A model generated the notes under the pieces. The model searched no databases, was not told the DNA's origin, and saw only the letters and a list, made by a program, of their open reading frames with translations. This document shows positions 1 to 20,596 of a stretch of DNA of 64,000 bases, in pieces. The stretch comes from the human T2T-CHM13v2.0 reference genome, Homo sapiens. Both the position numbers and the translations under genes were made by a program. The stretch is taken from assembly GCF_009914755.1 (NCBI RefSeq), contig NC_060939.1; one strand, given 5' to 3'. The number at the start of each line of letters is the position of its first letter. Position 1 is the first letter of the stretch.

Positions 1-4970
<4,970 letters not shown>

Positions 4971-5699
4971 CCATATATCATCATTTCTTTTATACAGTTT
5001 ATTACGTTTCCTTCCAGCAGTCATTTTGCTTAGTCTATAAGTCTACCACATTGACATCTTGCCTTGCACTTCAACCATACAAAATTTAAATGTTGTAAAA
5101 AGTTAGGCAGAATGAGCATGCATGTTTATTTTAAAATATTTAAACAGCGTTGAAAGGTACAGAGAAATAAGTGAGTCTAGTTTTCTGCTCACAGCCTCCA
5201 ATCCCACTCTGGTTTCTGAGATTAACCATGGTTAATAGTTTTGCGTATGTTCTTCCAGAGCATTGTCTTTACAGTATTTGTGTAGGTTTGGAGTTACTTC
5301 TCTTTCTTATGTGGCTTTCTTAATAATGTATTTATTTCTTGCAGAGAGAATTAACCTTATACCAGTTAGAGTGATCCTGTCACTTCTGAAAATATCATCA
5401 ACTAGTCTTTAGGATCCAGTCTCCTTGACAGTCTCACCTAAATACAAACTCTTCTCAAAACTAAGTTGGGTTAAAGAGATTCTTTTATAAGCTGCTTATT
5501 TGAAACTTGGAATGCATTGTTTCATAAAGTGAGTTACAAATGTACTTTAAGTGGTGGTTACGGCAACACAAGAAAAAGGTCAATGATGGAAAAGGAATAT
5601 TTAAAAGAGTGTTTACCATGTGTGAAAAACCCTGTTAAGAACTTTCCATTGTTTCCTTTATTTTTTGCAACATTTTTTATTAGGGTGTTATTATTCCAA

Positions 5700-5830
5700 A
5701 TTATACAAACTCAGTAACTAATGTTCAAAGTGACTAATTTGCCAAGTATCATGTAGGTTGTAAATGCCAATGCTGAGATTCAGGTCCAGGTATGTTTGAT
5801 TCCTAAGCATATGCACCTTCCTAGCACCTA
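5700..5830 (-). mobile_element. MIR SINE fragment
   Basis: AAGTGACTAATTTGCCAAG...GCTGAGATTCAGGTCCAGGTATGTTTGATTCC resembles the reverse-complemented MIR core. Confidence 0.55.
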
Positions 5831-6079
5831 GAAATTTGTTTAATAGGGAAAAGGTGCACACAGAGACGTGAGTTCAGCCTTAGTCAGTGGCATGGGGTTT
5901 GCCTCCTTCTCTTTGGAGACTCATAGAGGGAAAGATCAGGAGATAAAGGGCAAGACAGTCTGGTTCCACCATGCTTGATTCACACCCCAATCAATGACTG
6001 TGTCAGAACAGAGGATTGACATATTCGTTATTGCTATATGAGTGTGTTCTTGACTCCCAAATCTGGTCAGTAAAAGACC

Positions 6080-6595
6080 TTGCTGGACATTTTCTTTCCC
6101 CTCCTCCCCTTTCCCACTGATCCATTGTCCAGCCTTCTCAGCCCTGCTCTGCCTTGTGAGGTTGACTTCCTTGGGTTCCATAAACTGACTGGCTCCCTTC
6201 TCCTTCAGCTTCTGATTGGGTTTGTCCATTGGGAGGCATCAGCAGGAGACTGGAAGGTGTGAGGGAAGAAATGTCAGGACATGTAGTCCCCTGGCTCCCT
6301 TCCTGTCTGCTATTTTTCAGTGGCTGGTTTCCCACACCGCAAGCACTAGCTCCTGCTGGATGGATTTCACCTATAGTCTCAGCTCTCCCCAAGTCCCAGC
6401 AAATATTTCTTCCCTTGTATGTTCAAGCCTTGAGGTGGAAACAGCATTCCACTCTTACTAGCTCAGGGACTTTACCATTTCTTGTTGGTTTATCACAATC
6501 TTGCCCAAACTTTTGCAAATGCCCCTTTATTAAACTGTCTTTAGTTATCTCTTTTGATTGTAGTATTTGTTTGCTGCTGGGAACTTGACCGATCG
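6080..6595 (+). mobile_element. ERVL LTR (LTR33-like), 5' LTR of the provirus
   Basis: LTR33-like motifs: CCTTCTCAGCCCTGCTCTG..GAGGTTGAC, GATTGGGTTTGTCCATTGGGAGGCATCAGCAGGAG, CCCTTTATTAAACT and the terminal TTTGCTGCTGGGAACTTGAC. It is homologous to 16391-17158. Confidence 0.75.
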
Positions 6596-6599
6596 AGTA

Positions 6600-7645
6600 A
6601 ATGAAACCAGGTTTTGTTCTAGAAAAGAGATCCTCAGAATGGGATTGTGCAATTATGTTGCTCATATATTTGATGAAGGCACAGGGCACAGATAATCTCC
6701 TTGCCAGAGTGAAATAGAGGACACAGTATATGACAGAATAACAATTACTCAAACTATCAACAGCTATTACATGGGATGGAGTGCAGGTGAAGGGCAAGGC
6801 ATTAGGAGATCATGTGGCTGTGGCATTAGTTGTTTTGTCAGGTGATTTAGATTACATAGACCATGCCATGGGCTGGCTACTTATGAAATCCTAGAGAACA
6901 TGAACAGAGAAAAGGACAAATTATTAGCCTTGAATGCCCAACTCAGGTCGTTAGTAGAAAATCAAACAGTTCTTCAGAAGTATTTAAAGAATTTTTTATC
7001 TTATATACAGGCAGGGTAAATATCTCTAGCCCAGGGTAGCTTTAAAAACATTTGCCTCCTACAGCTGCAGACAAACATGATTGGAGATCATCTGAGGATA
7101 AACACATTTTCTGTATCCATTCACCTTTCCCCTGTAACATAGATCTCTAGGGACTTGCAACTTGGTGAAATAGAAGGTACATGTGCTGAGGATTCAAATC
7201 CACCTGGGATTGACATCTCAACTCTGACACTTAACACCTCTATGATACTGGGCAAATTAATCACCCTGAAAGAAGTCAGTGCATCATCAAATATGCAATA
7301 CTACTTGGTCTCATGTAGTAAGATAAAGGCATACGTGGAAAACAAGTGGATCCCTGAGATACGGCATGGGGATGTTTGGGCAAACACAAAGAGGATTGAG
7401 GAGTGTGAACCTCAAAATTTCCCAGATCCTTTATTGTCTAGGGAAGAAGTCCTGCTCCTCTCAGTCACCTCTGAGGCAATTAGCCTTATCCTGTGTATCT
7501 TTTGCAATCCCCAGTAGGAGAATCATAGTGTAGGCTTCTAGTGTTTTGGAGTATAATCAAGATCCTTTTTGTAGATAACTATTCTCCCTTTAAACAGCAT
7601 CTGCTTTGCTTCTGGTCTTGAGTGGAAGCTAAATCCCTGCCCATA
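6600..7645 (+). mobile_element. ERVL internal sequence (degenerate gag and part of pol; ERV3-16A3_I/ERVL-like)
   Basis: A degenerate gag-like segment lies near 6865-6920 (GWLL.. motif). 7518-7640 resembles the ERVL pol stretch 'ESQRRPLGFWS...DNYSPFERQLL...LVE'. Confidence 0.7.
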
Positions 7646-7910
7646 TTGGTTGTTTGGTGGTTGTGGTAACAAGTTATCTCAAACTTGGTGGCTTAAAATA
7701 GCAGAAGTTTGTTCTCTCACAATTCTAGAGGCTGGAAATCTGTAAGGTCTGTCAGTAGGGTCACATTCCCTCTGAAGGTTCTAGGAGACGATCTTCCCTT
7801 TCCTCTTCCAGGTTCTGCTGTACTAAGAATTCCTTGGCTGGGACTACATAACTCCAGTCTTTGCCTCAGTCTTCATGTCGCCCTTTCCTCTCTGTCTTTT
7901 CTGTCCCTTG

Positions 7911-8453
7911 TCATTGGATTTTGGGGATACCCAGTAATCCAGGATGATCTTTTCTCAAAGTCTTTGAATTAATTCTGTCTGAAAAAATACTTTTTCCGAT
8001 TCCGGAGGAGCCAAGATGGCCGAATAGGAACAGCTCCGGTCTACAGCTCCCAGCGTGAGCGACGCAGAAGATGGGTGATTTCTGCATTTCCATCTGAGGT
8101 ACTGGGTTCATCTCACTAGTGAGTGCCAGACAGTGGGCGCAGGACAGTGGGTGGAGCGCACCGTGCACGAGCTGAAGCAGGGCGAGGCATTGCCTCACTC
8201 GGAAAGCGCAAGGGGTCAGGGAGTTCCCTTTCCTAGTCAAAGAAAGGGGTGACAGACGGCACCTGGAAAATCGGGTCACTCCCCCCTGCATACTGCGCTT
8301 TTCCGATGGGCTTAAAAAATGGCGCATCAGGAGATTATATCCCGCACCTGGCTCGGAGGGTCCTACGCCCATGGAGTCTCGCTGATTGCTAGCACAGCAG
8401 TCTGAGATCAAACTGCAAGGTGGCAGCGAGGCTGGGGGAGGGGTGCCCGCCAT
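7911..8453 (-). CDS. Extended L1 ORF0 (antisense 5'UTR ORF), 180 aa; translation unproven
   Basis: The N-terminus MAGTPPPASLPPCSLISDCCASNQRDS matches primate L1 ORF0. It has a true ATG in GCAATGG context. The frame stays open past the L1 5' end. Confidence 0.5.
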   Translation of the reverse strand: MAGTPPPASLPPCSLISDCCASNQRDSMGVGPSEPGAGYNLLMRHFLSPSEKRSMQGGVTRFSRCRLSPLSLTRKGNSLTPCAFRVRQCLALLQLVHGALHPLSCAHCLALTSEMNPVPQMEMQKSPIFCVAHAGSCRPELFLFGHLGSSGIGKSIFSDRINSKTLRKDHPGLLGIPKIQ

Positions 8454-8908
8454 TGCCCAGGCTTGCTTACGTAAACAAAGCAGCCAGGAAGCTCAAACTG
8501 GGTGGATCCCACCACAGCTCAAGGAGGCCTGCCTGCCTCTGTAGGCTCCACCTCTGGGGGCAGGGCACAGACAAACAAAAAGACAGCAGTAACCTCTGCA
8601 GACTTAAATGTCCCTGTCTGATAGCTTTGAAGAGAGCAGTGGTTCTCCCAGCAGGCAGCTGGAGATCTGAGAATGGGCAGACTGCCTCCTCAAGTGGGTT
8701 CCTGACCGCTGACCCCTGAGCAGCCTAACAGGGAGGCACCCCCAAGCAGGGGCAGACTGACACCTCACACAGCCGGGTACTCCAACAGACCTGCAGCTGA
8801 GGGTCCCATCTGTTAGAAGGAAAACTAACAAACAGAAAGGACATCCACACCAAAAACCCATCTGTACATCACCATCATCAAAGACCAAAAGTAGATAAAA
8901 CCACAAAG

Positions 8909-9925
8909 ATGGGGAAAAAACAGAGCAGAAAAACTGGAAACTCTAAAAAGCAGAGCACCTCTCCTCCTCCAAAGGAACGCAGCTCCTCACCAGCAACGGA
9001 ACAAAGCTGGATGGAGAATGACTTTGATGAGCTGAGAGAAGAAGGCTTCAGATGATCAAATTATTCTGAGCTATGGGAGGACATTCAAACCAAAGGCAAA
9101 GAAGTTGAAAACTTTGAAAAAAATTTAGAAGAATGTATAACTAGAATAACCAATACAGAGAAGTGCTTAAAGGAGCTGATGGAGCTGAAAACCAAGGCTC
9201 GAGAACTACATGAAGAATGCAGAAGCCTCAGGAGCTGATGTGATCAACTGGAAGAAAGGGTATCAGTGATGGAAGATGAAATGAATGAAATGAAGCGAGA
9301 AGGGAAGTTTAGAGAAAAAAGAATAAAAAGAAACGAACAAAGTCTCCAAGAAATATGGGACTATGTGAAAAGACCAAATCTACATCTGATTGGTGTACCT
9401 GAAAGTGACAGGGAGAATGGAACCAAGTTGGAAAACACTCTGCAGGATATTATCCAGGAGAACTTCCCCAGTCTAGCAAGGCAGGCCAACATTCAGATTC
9501 AGGAAATACAGAGAACTCCACAAAGATACTCCTCGAGAAGAGCAACTCCAAGACACATAATTGTCAGATTCACCAAAGTTGAAATGAAGGAAAAAATGTT
9601 AAGGGCAGCCAGAGAGAAAGGTCAGGTTACCCTCAAAGGGAAGCCCATCAGACTAACAGTGGATCTCTCTGCAGGAACTCTACAAGACAGAAGAGAGTGG
9701 GGGCCAATATTCAACATTCTTAAAGAAAAGAATTTTCAACCCAGAATTTCATATCCAGCCAAACTAAGCTTCATAAGTGAAGGAGAAATAAAATACTTTA
9801 CAGACAAGCAAATGCTGAGAGATTTTGTCACCACCAGGCCTGCCCTAAAAGAACTCCTGAAGGAAGCACTAAACATGGAAAAGAACAACTGGTACCAGCC
9901 ACTGCAAAATCATGCCAAAATGTAA
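8909..9925 (+). pseudogene. L1 ORF1p (338 codons) with premature TGA stops
   Basis: ATG at 8909 to TAA at 9925 spans 1017 nt. In-frame CGA>TGA stops occur near 9053 and 9237. The C-terminal 219 aa are open. Confidence 0.93.
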
Positions 9926-9988
9926 AGACCATCGAGACTAGGAAGAAACTGCATCAACTAACGAGCAAAATAACCAGGTAATATCATA

Positions 9989-13799
<3,811 letters not shown>

Positions 13800-14103
13800 A
13801 CAATGAGAGCACATGGACACAGGAAGGGGAACATCACACTCTGGAGACTGTTGTGGGGTGGGGGGAGGGGGGAGGGATAGCATTGGGAGATATACCTAAT
13901 GCTAGATGACGAGTTAGTGGGTGCAGCGCACCAACATGGCACATGTATACATATGTAACTAACCTGCACATTGTGCACATGTACCCTAAAACTTAAAGTA
14001 TAATAATAATAAATAAATTTTAAAAAAATACTTTTTCCAAATAAGAGCACATTCACAGTTTCTGGGGGAATGAACACACACATGCAAACACCCACACACA
14101 CAT

Positions 14104-14326
14104 AATTTTTTACTTTAAGTTCTAGGATACATGTGCTGAATGTGCAGGTTTGTTACATAGGTATACATGTGTCATGGTGGTATGCTACACCTATCAACCT
14201 GCCGTCTAGGTTTGAAGCCCCACATGCATTAGGTATTTGTCCTAATGCTCTCCCTCCCCTTTCTCCTCCACCTCCTGACAGGCCTTGGCATGTGATGTTC
14301 CCCTCCCTGTGTGCATGTGTTCTCAC
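14104..14326 (-). mobile_element. Short 5'-truncated L1PA 3' end
   Basis: TTTTACTTTAAGTTCTAGGATACATGTG...TGTGTTCTCA is the reverse complement of an L1PA 3'UTR. It is inserted in the MLT1. Confidence 0.9.
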
Positions 14327-14377
14327 TGGAGGGAACATATATTTTTTCGAGTCACCATTCAATAATTCATTACACGG

Positions 14378-16390
14378 ACTATGAAAAATCAAGTGACCAT
14401 GTGATCTGGGCTCCCCGTAGCAAACTGGATGTCATCTGACCCACTACTCATAAAGGTGAGAAAGTGCAACAGCAATTTGTCAGTGGAAATGGTATGTAAA
14501 AACTGAGTGTAAGGCGAGCAGGTGGCTCACTCTTTCAACACCTACTCCTGATACATTACCTCCTCTGAATTTACACTCTGGCCTTATGTAAGTTCTTTAT
14601 AATCATGCGACTGGGGCAGAAAATGCCTGGGCCTGACTTATGTAAAGGTATTAAAATATGCAGGCCCAAAGCAGATGTGGATAGCCACTGCATTAAGGTC
14701 CCAATTAGGGTGGCCCTGAGAGAGCATGGTGAAGGTAAATTATTCCAATTAGAAGAATTTTAAGCACAACGTTTGGTCATTTACTTAGGCCACCAGAAGA
14801 TGCTTAAGGTTTGTATCAACATCTGCATGAGCTATGATGAAAAATCTAATTGTTGAGGGACTTTAAAAGAGCATGATGTAAAGATTGGTGACAAGGAGAA
14901 ATATATGAGGACAGATTTCTAGTAATAGGCAGATAATACTCTTTTACCATATAAATGCCCACCAGAGAGCGTTTCATTGTTGAGAGGCTCTTGATAATGA
15001 GGTGGACAAGATGAAATCATCCTGTGGCTGTCGGTCAAAATATTTCTCAGCTAGTCTGGTGCTTACTAAAGAGGCCCCTTATGCAAAATTGCTATGGCAG
15101 CAGGAATTGAGGCTCACCAATTTGATCTTCCCCTCATTAAGACTGATGTGGCTACTGCCACTGCTCAATATGTAACTTGTCAACGGCAAAGACCAATGCT
15201 GAGCCTTTGATACAGGATTGTTCTCTAGGGGGACCAACCTACTAGGGTATTATTGGACTTTGGCCATCTGGAGGTAGCAGCCATTTTTTCTGAAGGAATA
15301 GCTATGTATTTTAAATACACATTTTATTTTTTGCTCCCGTATTCTACCAGTACCACCATTTCTAGACTCACAGGATACATATTTTTCCATTTAATCCCAT
15401 CATATTCACTGAATGGCAAATAAAGTGTGGCAATGGGTTTACACTCACTAAAGTCATTGTCCCATTATTCGTATCATTATGGAATAAACTAATGTAGGAT
15501 CAGTTGCAATTACAGGGAGACAATGAGGTATCTCTCAAATCAGAGGTCAAAATAGGGTGCTGTCTTCCTGACAGCCAGAATTCATGGGTTTAAAAATCAA
15601 GATGTGGAGGTTAAACAGGTCCTTCTCACCAGTATACCTCACAACTCACTTAAAGAATTGTTTCTTCCTGCCTCTACAACCTTGGAATTGGTGGTTTTGG
15701 ACACTCTAGTTTCCAAGGGAAGAAAATGCCTAAGAGGTGATGCCATGGTTCCATTAAATGGGAAATTGAGACTGGCTTCTCATGCTGCTGACTCAATGGC
15801 AAAGATGAGACACTCTACTGGCCTGAGTGATGGAGCTTGTGTATGATGGAGAATATGAGTTGCCGTTATCCAGTCGGAGCAACCAGGACTGACTGTGTCC
15901 GGAGCCCAGAGAATTCACTGAAGCTCCTCTTTGTATTTCTCTAGCATACTGGCCTATGAAAAAATTGCAGCATCCCTGTAAATACTGGACAACCATGGAT
16001 TTGGATTTTGTGTAAATAAAGTTTGAGTTGTACTACCAGACAAAGACTTATTTAGCCAAAGTGCTTGCAGAGAGGAAAGGGAACAGGGGATGGGTAGTAG
16101 AAGGAGGAAACTGTGATTATCTGCTTAGGCCTGTGACCAGGTACAAAAGCAGAGGCTGGAGGAACTGTGCTTGTGTTGCCTGCCCCCACCCCATCTCTTC
16201 TTCCTGTGTTTTGTTATTGGAGAACACTGAGTGTAGCCTGTGTTTGTGTGTTATATTTGGGAATATGAGTGAATTGACAACACCTCATGAGGATGCATCA
16301 GCTGATTGGACCTGTGTATTTTCTGTATTGGAGGCATACATTTTTCAACCAAAAGGGAAAAGTAGATACAGAGAGACAAAAATATTATTA
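14378..16390 (+). mobile_element. ERVL internal pol remnant (RNase H and integrase)
   Basis: Degenerate translations resemble ERVL pol: 'QVTM...LP..NW.SD' at about 14390, 'HINAHQR' at about 14948, and 'LPLIKTDVATATAQYVTCQRQRPMLS' (integrase zinc-finger end) at about 15127-15205. Confidence 0.8.
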
Positions 16391-17158
16391 TGTTACATAT
16401 ATGTTCTCTGTCCCTTTCGATCTGTTTCCTTTTTTTTTCTTTTTCTTTTTTTTCCTTTTTTTTTTTGTTTTTTGTTTTGAGACAATTTGCTCTTGTCACC
16501 CAGGCTGCGATCTTGGCTCACTACAACTTCTGCCTCCCGGGTTCAAGCAGTTCTACCACCTCAGCCTCCCAAGTAACTAGGATTACAGATGTACGCCACC
16601 ATGCCTGGCTAATTTTTGTATTTTTAGTAGAGATGGGTTTTCACCATATTGGCCAGGCTGGTCATGAACTTCCGACCTCAAGAATCCACCTGCCTCAGCC
16701 TCCCAAAGTGCTTGAAATTACAGGCGTGAGCCACCGCACCTGGCCTCGATCTGTTTTCTGTTCTTCTCTACCCAGCTCTGTGCACTGAGAGGTTGACGTC
16801 TGTGAACCACTTTAACCAGGCTCCCCTGCCCAGTGGCTTTTGGTTGCAATGGCAATGGCAGATGAGAGTGCTGGAGGAGAGAAAGACCAAAGTGTGCATT
16901 TCCTGGATCCCTCCTGTCTGGGCCACAGTTTGGCACTGGCGGCTTTCCTCATTCTGGAGCAGTAGCCCCTGTTGGGCAGTTCTTTTCTACAACTATAATT
17001 CTTGTCAGGTCTCAATGACTTTATTAAAGCCCCCACCACCATCCCTGGTTGGTTTCCCTTAACTCTGTCCTCTATTTACTAATAGCCCTTTCTTGAAACT
17101 TTCCTCAGTCACCCACTTGAATGAATGATCTTTTTCTTGCCAGGCTTCTGACAAGTAT
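16391..17158 (+). mobile_element. ERVL LTR (LTR33-like), 3' LTR, interrupted by an Alu
   Basis: CTTCTCTACCCAGCTCTGTGCACTGAGAGGTTGAC...AATAGCCCTTTCTTGAAACT...CTTGCCAGGCTTCTGAC parallels 6080-6595. Confidence 0.7.
16428..16745 (-). mobile_element. AluS element
   Basis: Dimeric Alu with a poly-T tail and a small internal deletion. TSD TCGATCTGTTT is at 16417-16427 and 16746-16756. Confidence 0.96.
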
Positions 17159-17514
17159 AACAGTCAAGGCCAGGCTCTTCAACTCAGGATGGGGAACCTC
17201 CTGACCATCAGCTCATATGCTCATATATCAAGAGCTGCTTATCCATGGTCTGTGTGCATATGTTGAGAGAAGGACAGATCCAAAGACAGCTTCTCTGGGT
17301 TCTGGTCACTTCCAGAACATCAACTATAGGAGGAAATAGAAATTTCTTTCTCTTTTAGGTTATGAGAATTTCATCCTCACCTTGCCTGTGTGACAAGTCC
17401 TTTGAACTTAGAACGTTGTTCATTCTGTTAGCATTATGGTAAGCAAAGCCCATTTACCATAGTCTTTTAGTGACAGTACTATCGATAGTCCATTTCTAGG
17501 CTATAAGCGTGCTT

Positions 17515-17640
17515 TAGTCATCCATCGAGCAAATATTTAGTGAATACTTACTGTGTGCCAGACACATTTTAAGTTATGAAAATACAGAACTGAGCAAAGC
17601 AAAGACTGTGCCATTGCAGAGATTATAATCTCACTGAGTA
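17515..17640 (-). mobile_element. L2 3' end fragment
   Basis: CAAATATTTAGTGAATACTTACTGTGTGCCAGACAC is the reverse complement of an L2 3' end. Confidence 0.65.
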
Positions 17641-20344
17641 TAATTTGCAGGCAGCAGTATTGGCTCTGCCTGTATTCTCTTCTCTCTGGTATTATGAGCG
17701 CTGTGGTAGAAGCTCATTGAATAAGTATTAAATGAATGAAGATGAGGACTGGAAGAATTATAAAAATATAGGCAACTTACAGTTACATAGCATTTCCCTA
17801 CAGTTAGCTCAGTGCATTTTAATCCTTAAGTGTGTATGTGGTCTTTGCCATATTGGCCTGTCTTACCCCAAATTAACACTGAGAGACCTGTGAACACTCA
17901 ATCAGGTGTCTCTAGGCTCCTCTCAGTTGTAGGTCAAATATCCAAAACAATCAGGATACCAGTCTAACTGTTGCTGCTCCAGAATCTGCCCCAGGACCTC
18001 TTCTGGAAAAAATCCCGTCTCTTGTTCCACTTCTCTGAATGTCTCTGTTGGGGCAAATTCTGTTGAGATGTCTGGGCTCCTTAGCCTTCTACGTCTCAGT
18101 CACTTCTCAACTCACCTTAGCCTCTGCCCACCAGGATTCCCTTCCTCTAAGCTTCCCTCTAGATTCTCTCCATCCTTTGCTCTGACCCACGTGCTTTTCT
18201 TTTTTAACCTTAACTCTCCACTTCTTAGATTATTGGCCTGATGTCTGTTAATCGACCCTAATCCATCATGCTGTTAGTAGTTACTGGGAGTCCTGTTGAC
18301 AGATATGTGATGTGTCAAAAGGCCAATTTTGTAAAATGGAAACTGAAGGAAACCTAAAACAACAGATTAGGGAATGAAAAGCGAAGTCATTTATTCCAGA
18401 TACAACTCATTCCCAGTAGGTCTCTGCTGTGGCATTTCCTCTTCATACTGTTTTGTTTTTTTTCTTTTTTTCAGCTTAAGGTACACTCACCTTTGTGCCT
18501 TCTCATTGTTGAATGGCTGATGTGTGGTCAGGGTTTTGTGGTTGTTTGTAATTTTGTGTGAAAATTCACTGTGACATGGAATGGAAAGAGCTATAGGGGA
18601 AAAAATCTTGCTTACAGTACAGCTGAACTCAAAGGAATGCTTCAGGCTGTGAAAAATGACTTCCCGTTCCCTGGCTCCAGCCTGCAAGTGCTCACGCCTT
18701 GGAAAAGGTAACCTGGAAAAAGTGAGGTGTGGGAAGGACAGGGATTTTCACATTGCAGCAGAGGATAGCCATGGTTTCTTCTCAGGTTTAATTGTATGTG
18801 GGTGGTGCATGATCATAAGTGCTCATAAATTGTGTACCCTGATATTGAATTCAGCCCCCTCCATATGTGTCAGTGTGAGCTGAGCTGAAGCCAGTAGAAT
18901 AGGCCAAAATATACTGGAACTGCAGCCAAACTGATGACAGAGGGTTTGAAAAGTCAGCTACGGAGACCTGTGAACCCAGTTTTTAAAGTAATAGATTTCT
19001 TGTCCTGAGCTACACAGATGCTATTTTTCCCCTTTTGGGGTGGAATATAAAATGAGAAGGTACTGATGGATAAATTGACTATAGTCTTTAGTTGAAAAAG
19101 TAGCATTTGGTAACTTGGAAAACTATTCAGAAATTTTAAAGTTGTCATGTGGCATTCCATAGGACGTTCACACTGTATTGCAAGATACTATAGACAATGT
19201 TTTTTTCCTTTACTAGAAACATTATTCATTTTCAGTAGATTGAAGAGAAAACCTTGATTCCCACCTCTATGAACTAGAAGTGGAGAAAAAAAAAAGCACA
19301 TTAAACCCTCAAAAGGGAAGTAGTAAGGTGCTAGGCAAATACTTCCCACTACTGCCTACTACTTACTTTTTACAGGTGGCAACTTTGATTAGAGTTCAGT
19401 AGAGAATGTGTGTTCTTGTGCATTTTGTTTAAATGTGAGGCCTTCTTGAGATTGGGAAGCATAAAGGGAATTAGGGAATAATTGCATTTGAAGGTTGGGC
19501 AAATAAAATTTAGATAGCTTGGTTACAGCTCAGATTTTCTCTTTATGCCTGATACAATATTTATCAAGTGATGCAAAATGTATTGAGGGACATTTGCCTA
19601 GAAAGACTCTTATAAGGACATAACCAGACCTTTTGGAGGTGCTGGTTAGTTCTGGGACAGAGATTTTTAAATGAAACATCCTTAACCTTCTGAGCAATGG
19701 TAAAATAGGCAGGTAACTAAGTCCCATGGAGGTGACAGAGTTTCCCTGCTTGGATTCAGTTCAAGGGTTCATGTATGGATTTGGTATGAAGACTTTGGAA
19801 TACAAAATTACTTGGTGCCGCTTAAAATGTTTCCTAGCTAGGTACTCAGGGAAATTATCATAAGCAGTGTTGTTGTTCTGTTTCTAATGGGAAAAGAGCA
19901 AGATGCTTTAGGAAACGATAGAACAGTTGACACACTTGTGTCATTCAGCAGAACTGAGAATGAGACCCTTCTTTTTGGAAGTTAAGGAGTGTGTGTAATC
20001 TTACTAGTGAGAGAGTCCTTCTTGCTTATCCAGATCAATGGAACAAGGAGACAAGGCATGGCCAGGCATGATGGCAACAACAGTGAAGGCCACAGGATGG
20101 GGAAACTGAGATCTGCAGCCAGAAAATATTAACTGGTACCAGCGAGAGCTTGTAAATCATTGTCAGAAGGAAGAAAAGAGAGAGGTGGAAGGTTTCAGGT
20201 ACACCATCAGTGCTGCAGCTAGAACATAATGGGTAGGCAGTAAATATTTGTTGAGAGAATGAAAATAAAAGGTGGGTGGGGGCGGAGCAGTATCAAATCA
20301 TCTAAAGGTCTCTTCAGATGGATTTTTGGAAAAGCAAATTGATT

Positions 20345-20390
20345 TTCCCTCCCTCCCTCCCTCCCTTTCTTTCTTCCTTCCTTCCTTTTC

Positions 20391-20434
<44 letters not shown>

Positions 20435-20596
20435 TCCTTCCTTCCTTCCTTCCTTCCTTCCTTCTTTCCTTCTTTCTTTCTTTCTCTCTCTCTCTCTCTT
20501 TCCTTCCTTCCTTCCTTCCTTCCTTCCTTCCTTCCTTCCTTCCTTCCTTCCTTCCTTCCTTCTCTCTCTTTCTTTCTTTCTTTCTTTCTTCTTTCT
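20345..20596. repeat. Compound (TTTC)n/(TTCC)n/(TC)n microsatellite
   Basis: About 250 bp of uninterrupted pyrimidines on the + strand. Confidence 0.98.

Noticed and set aside
7180-7290. Possible MIR fragment inside the ERVL internal region
   Set aside because: The similarity is too weak to call by eye.
13850-13880. G-quadruplex-like G-tract
   Set aside because: It is a standard L1 3'UTR feature, also present at about 37428-37448 and 60299-60321.
18450-18715. Acceptor at about 18474 and a minus-strand donor at about 18490
   Set aside because: The signals point in conflicting orientations and the partner sites are weak, so no exon can be defined from sequence alone.
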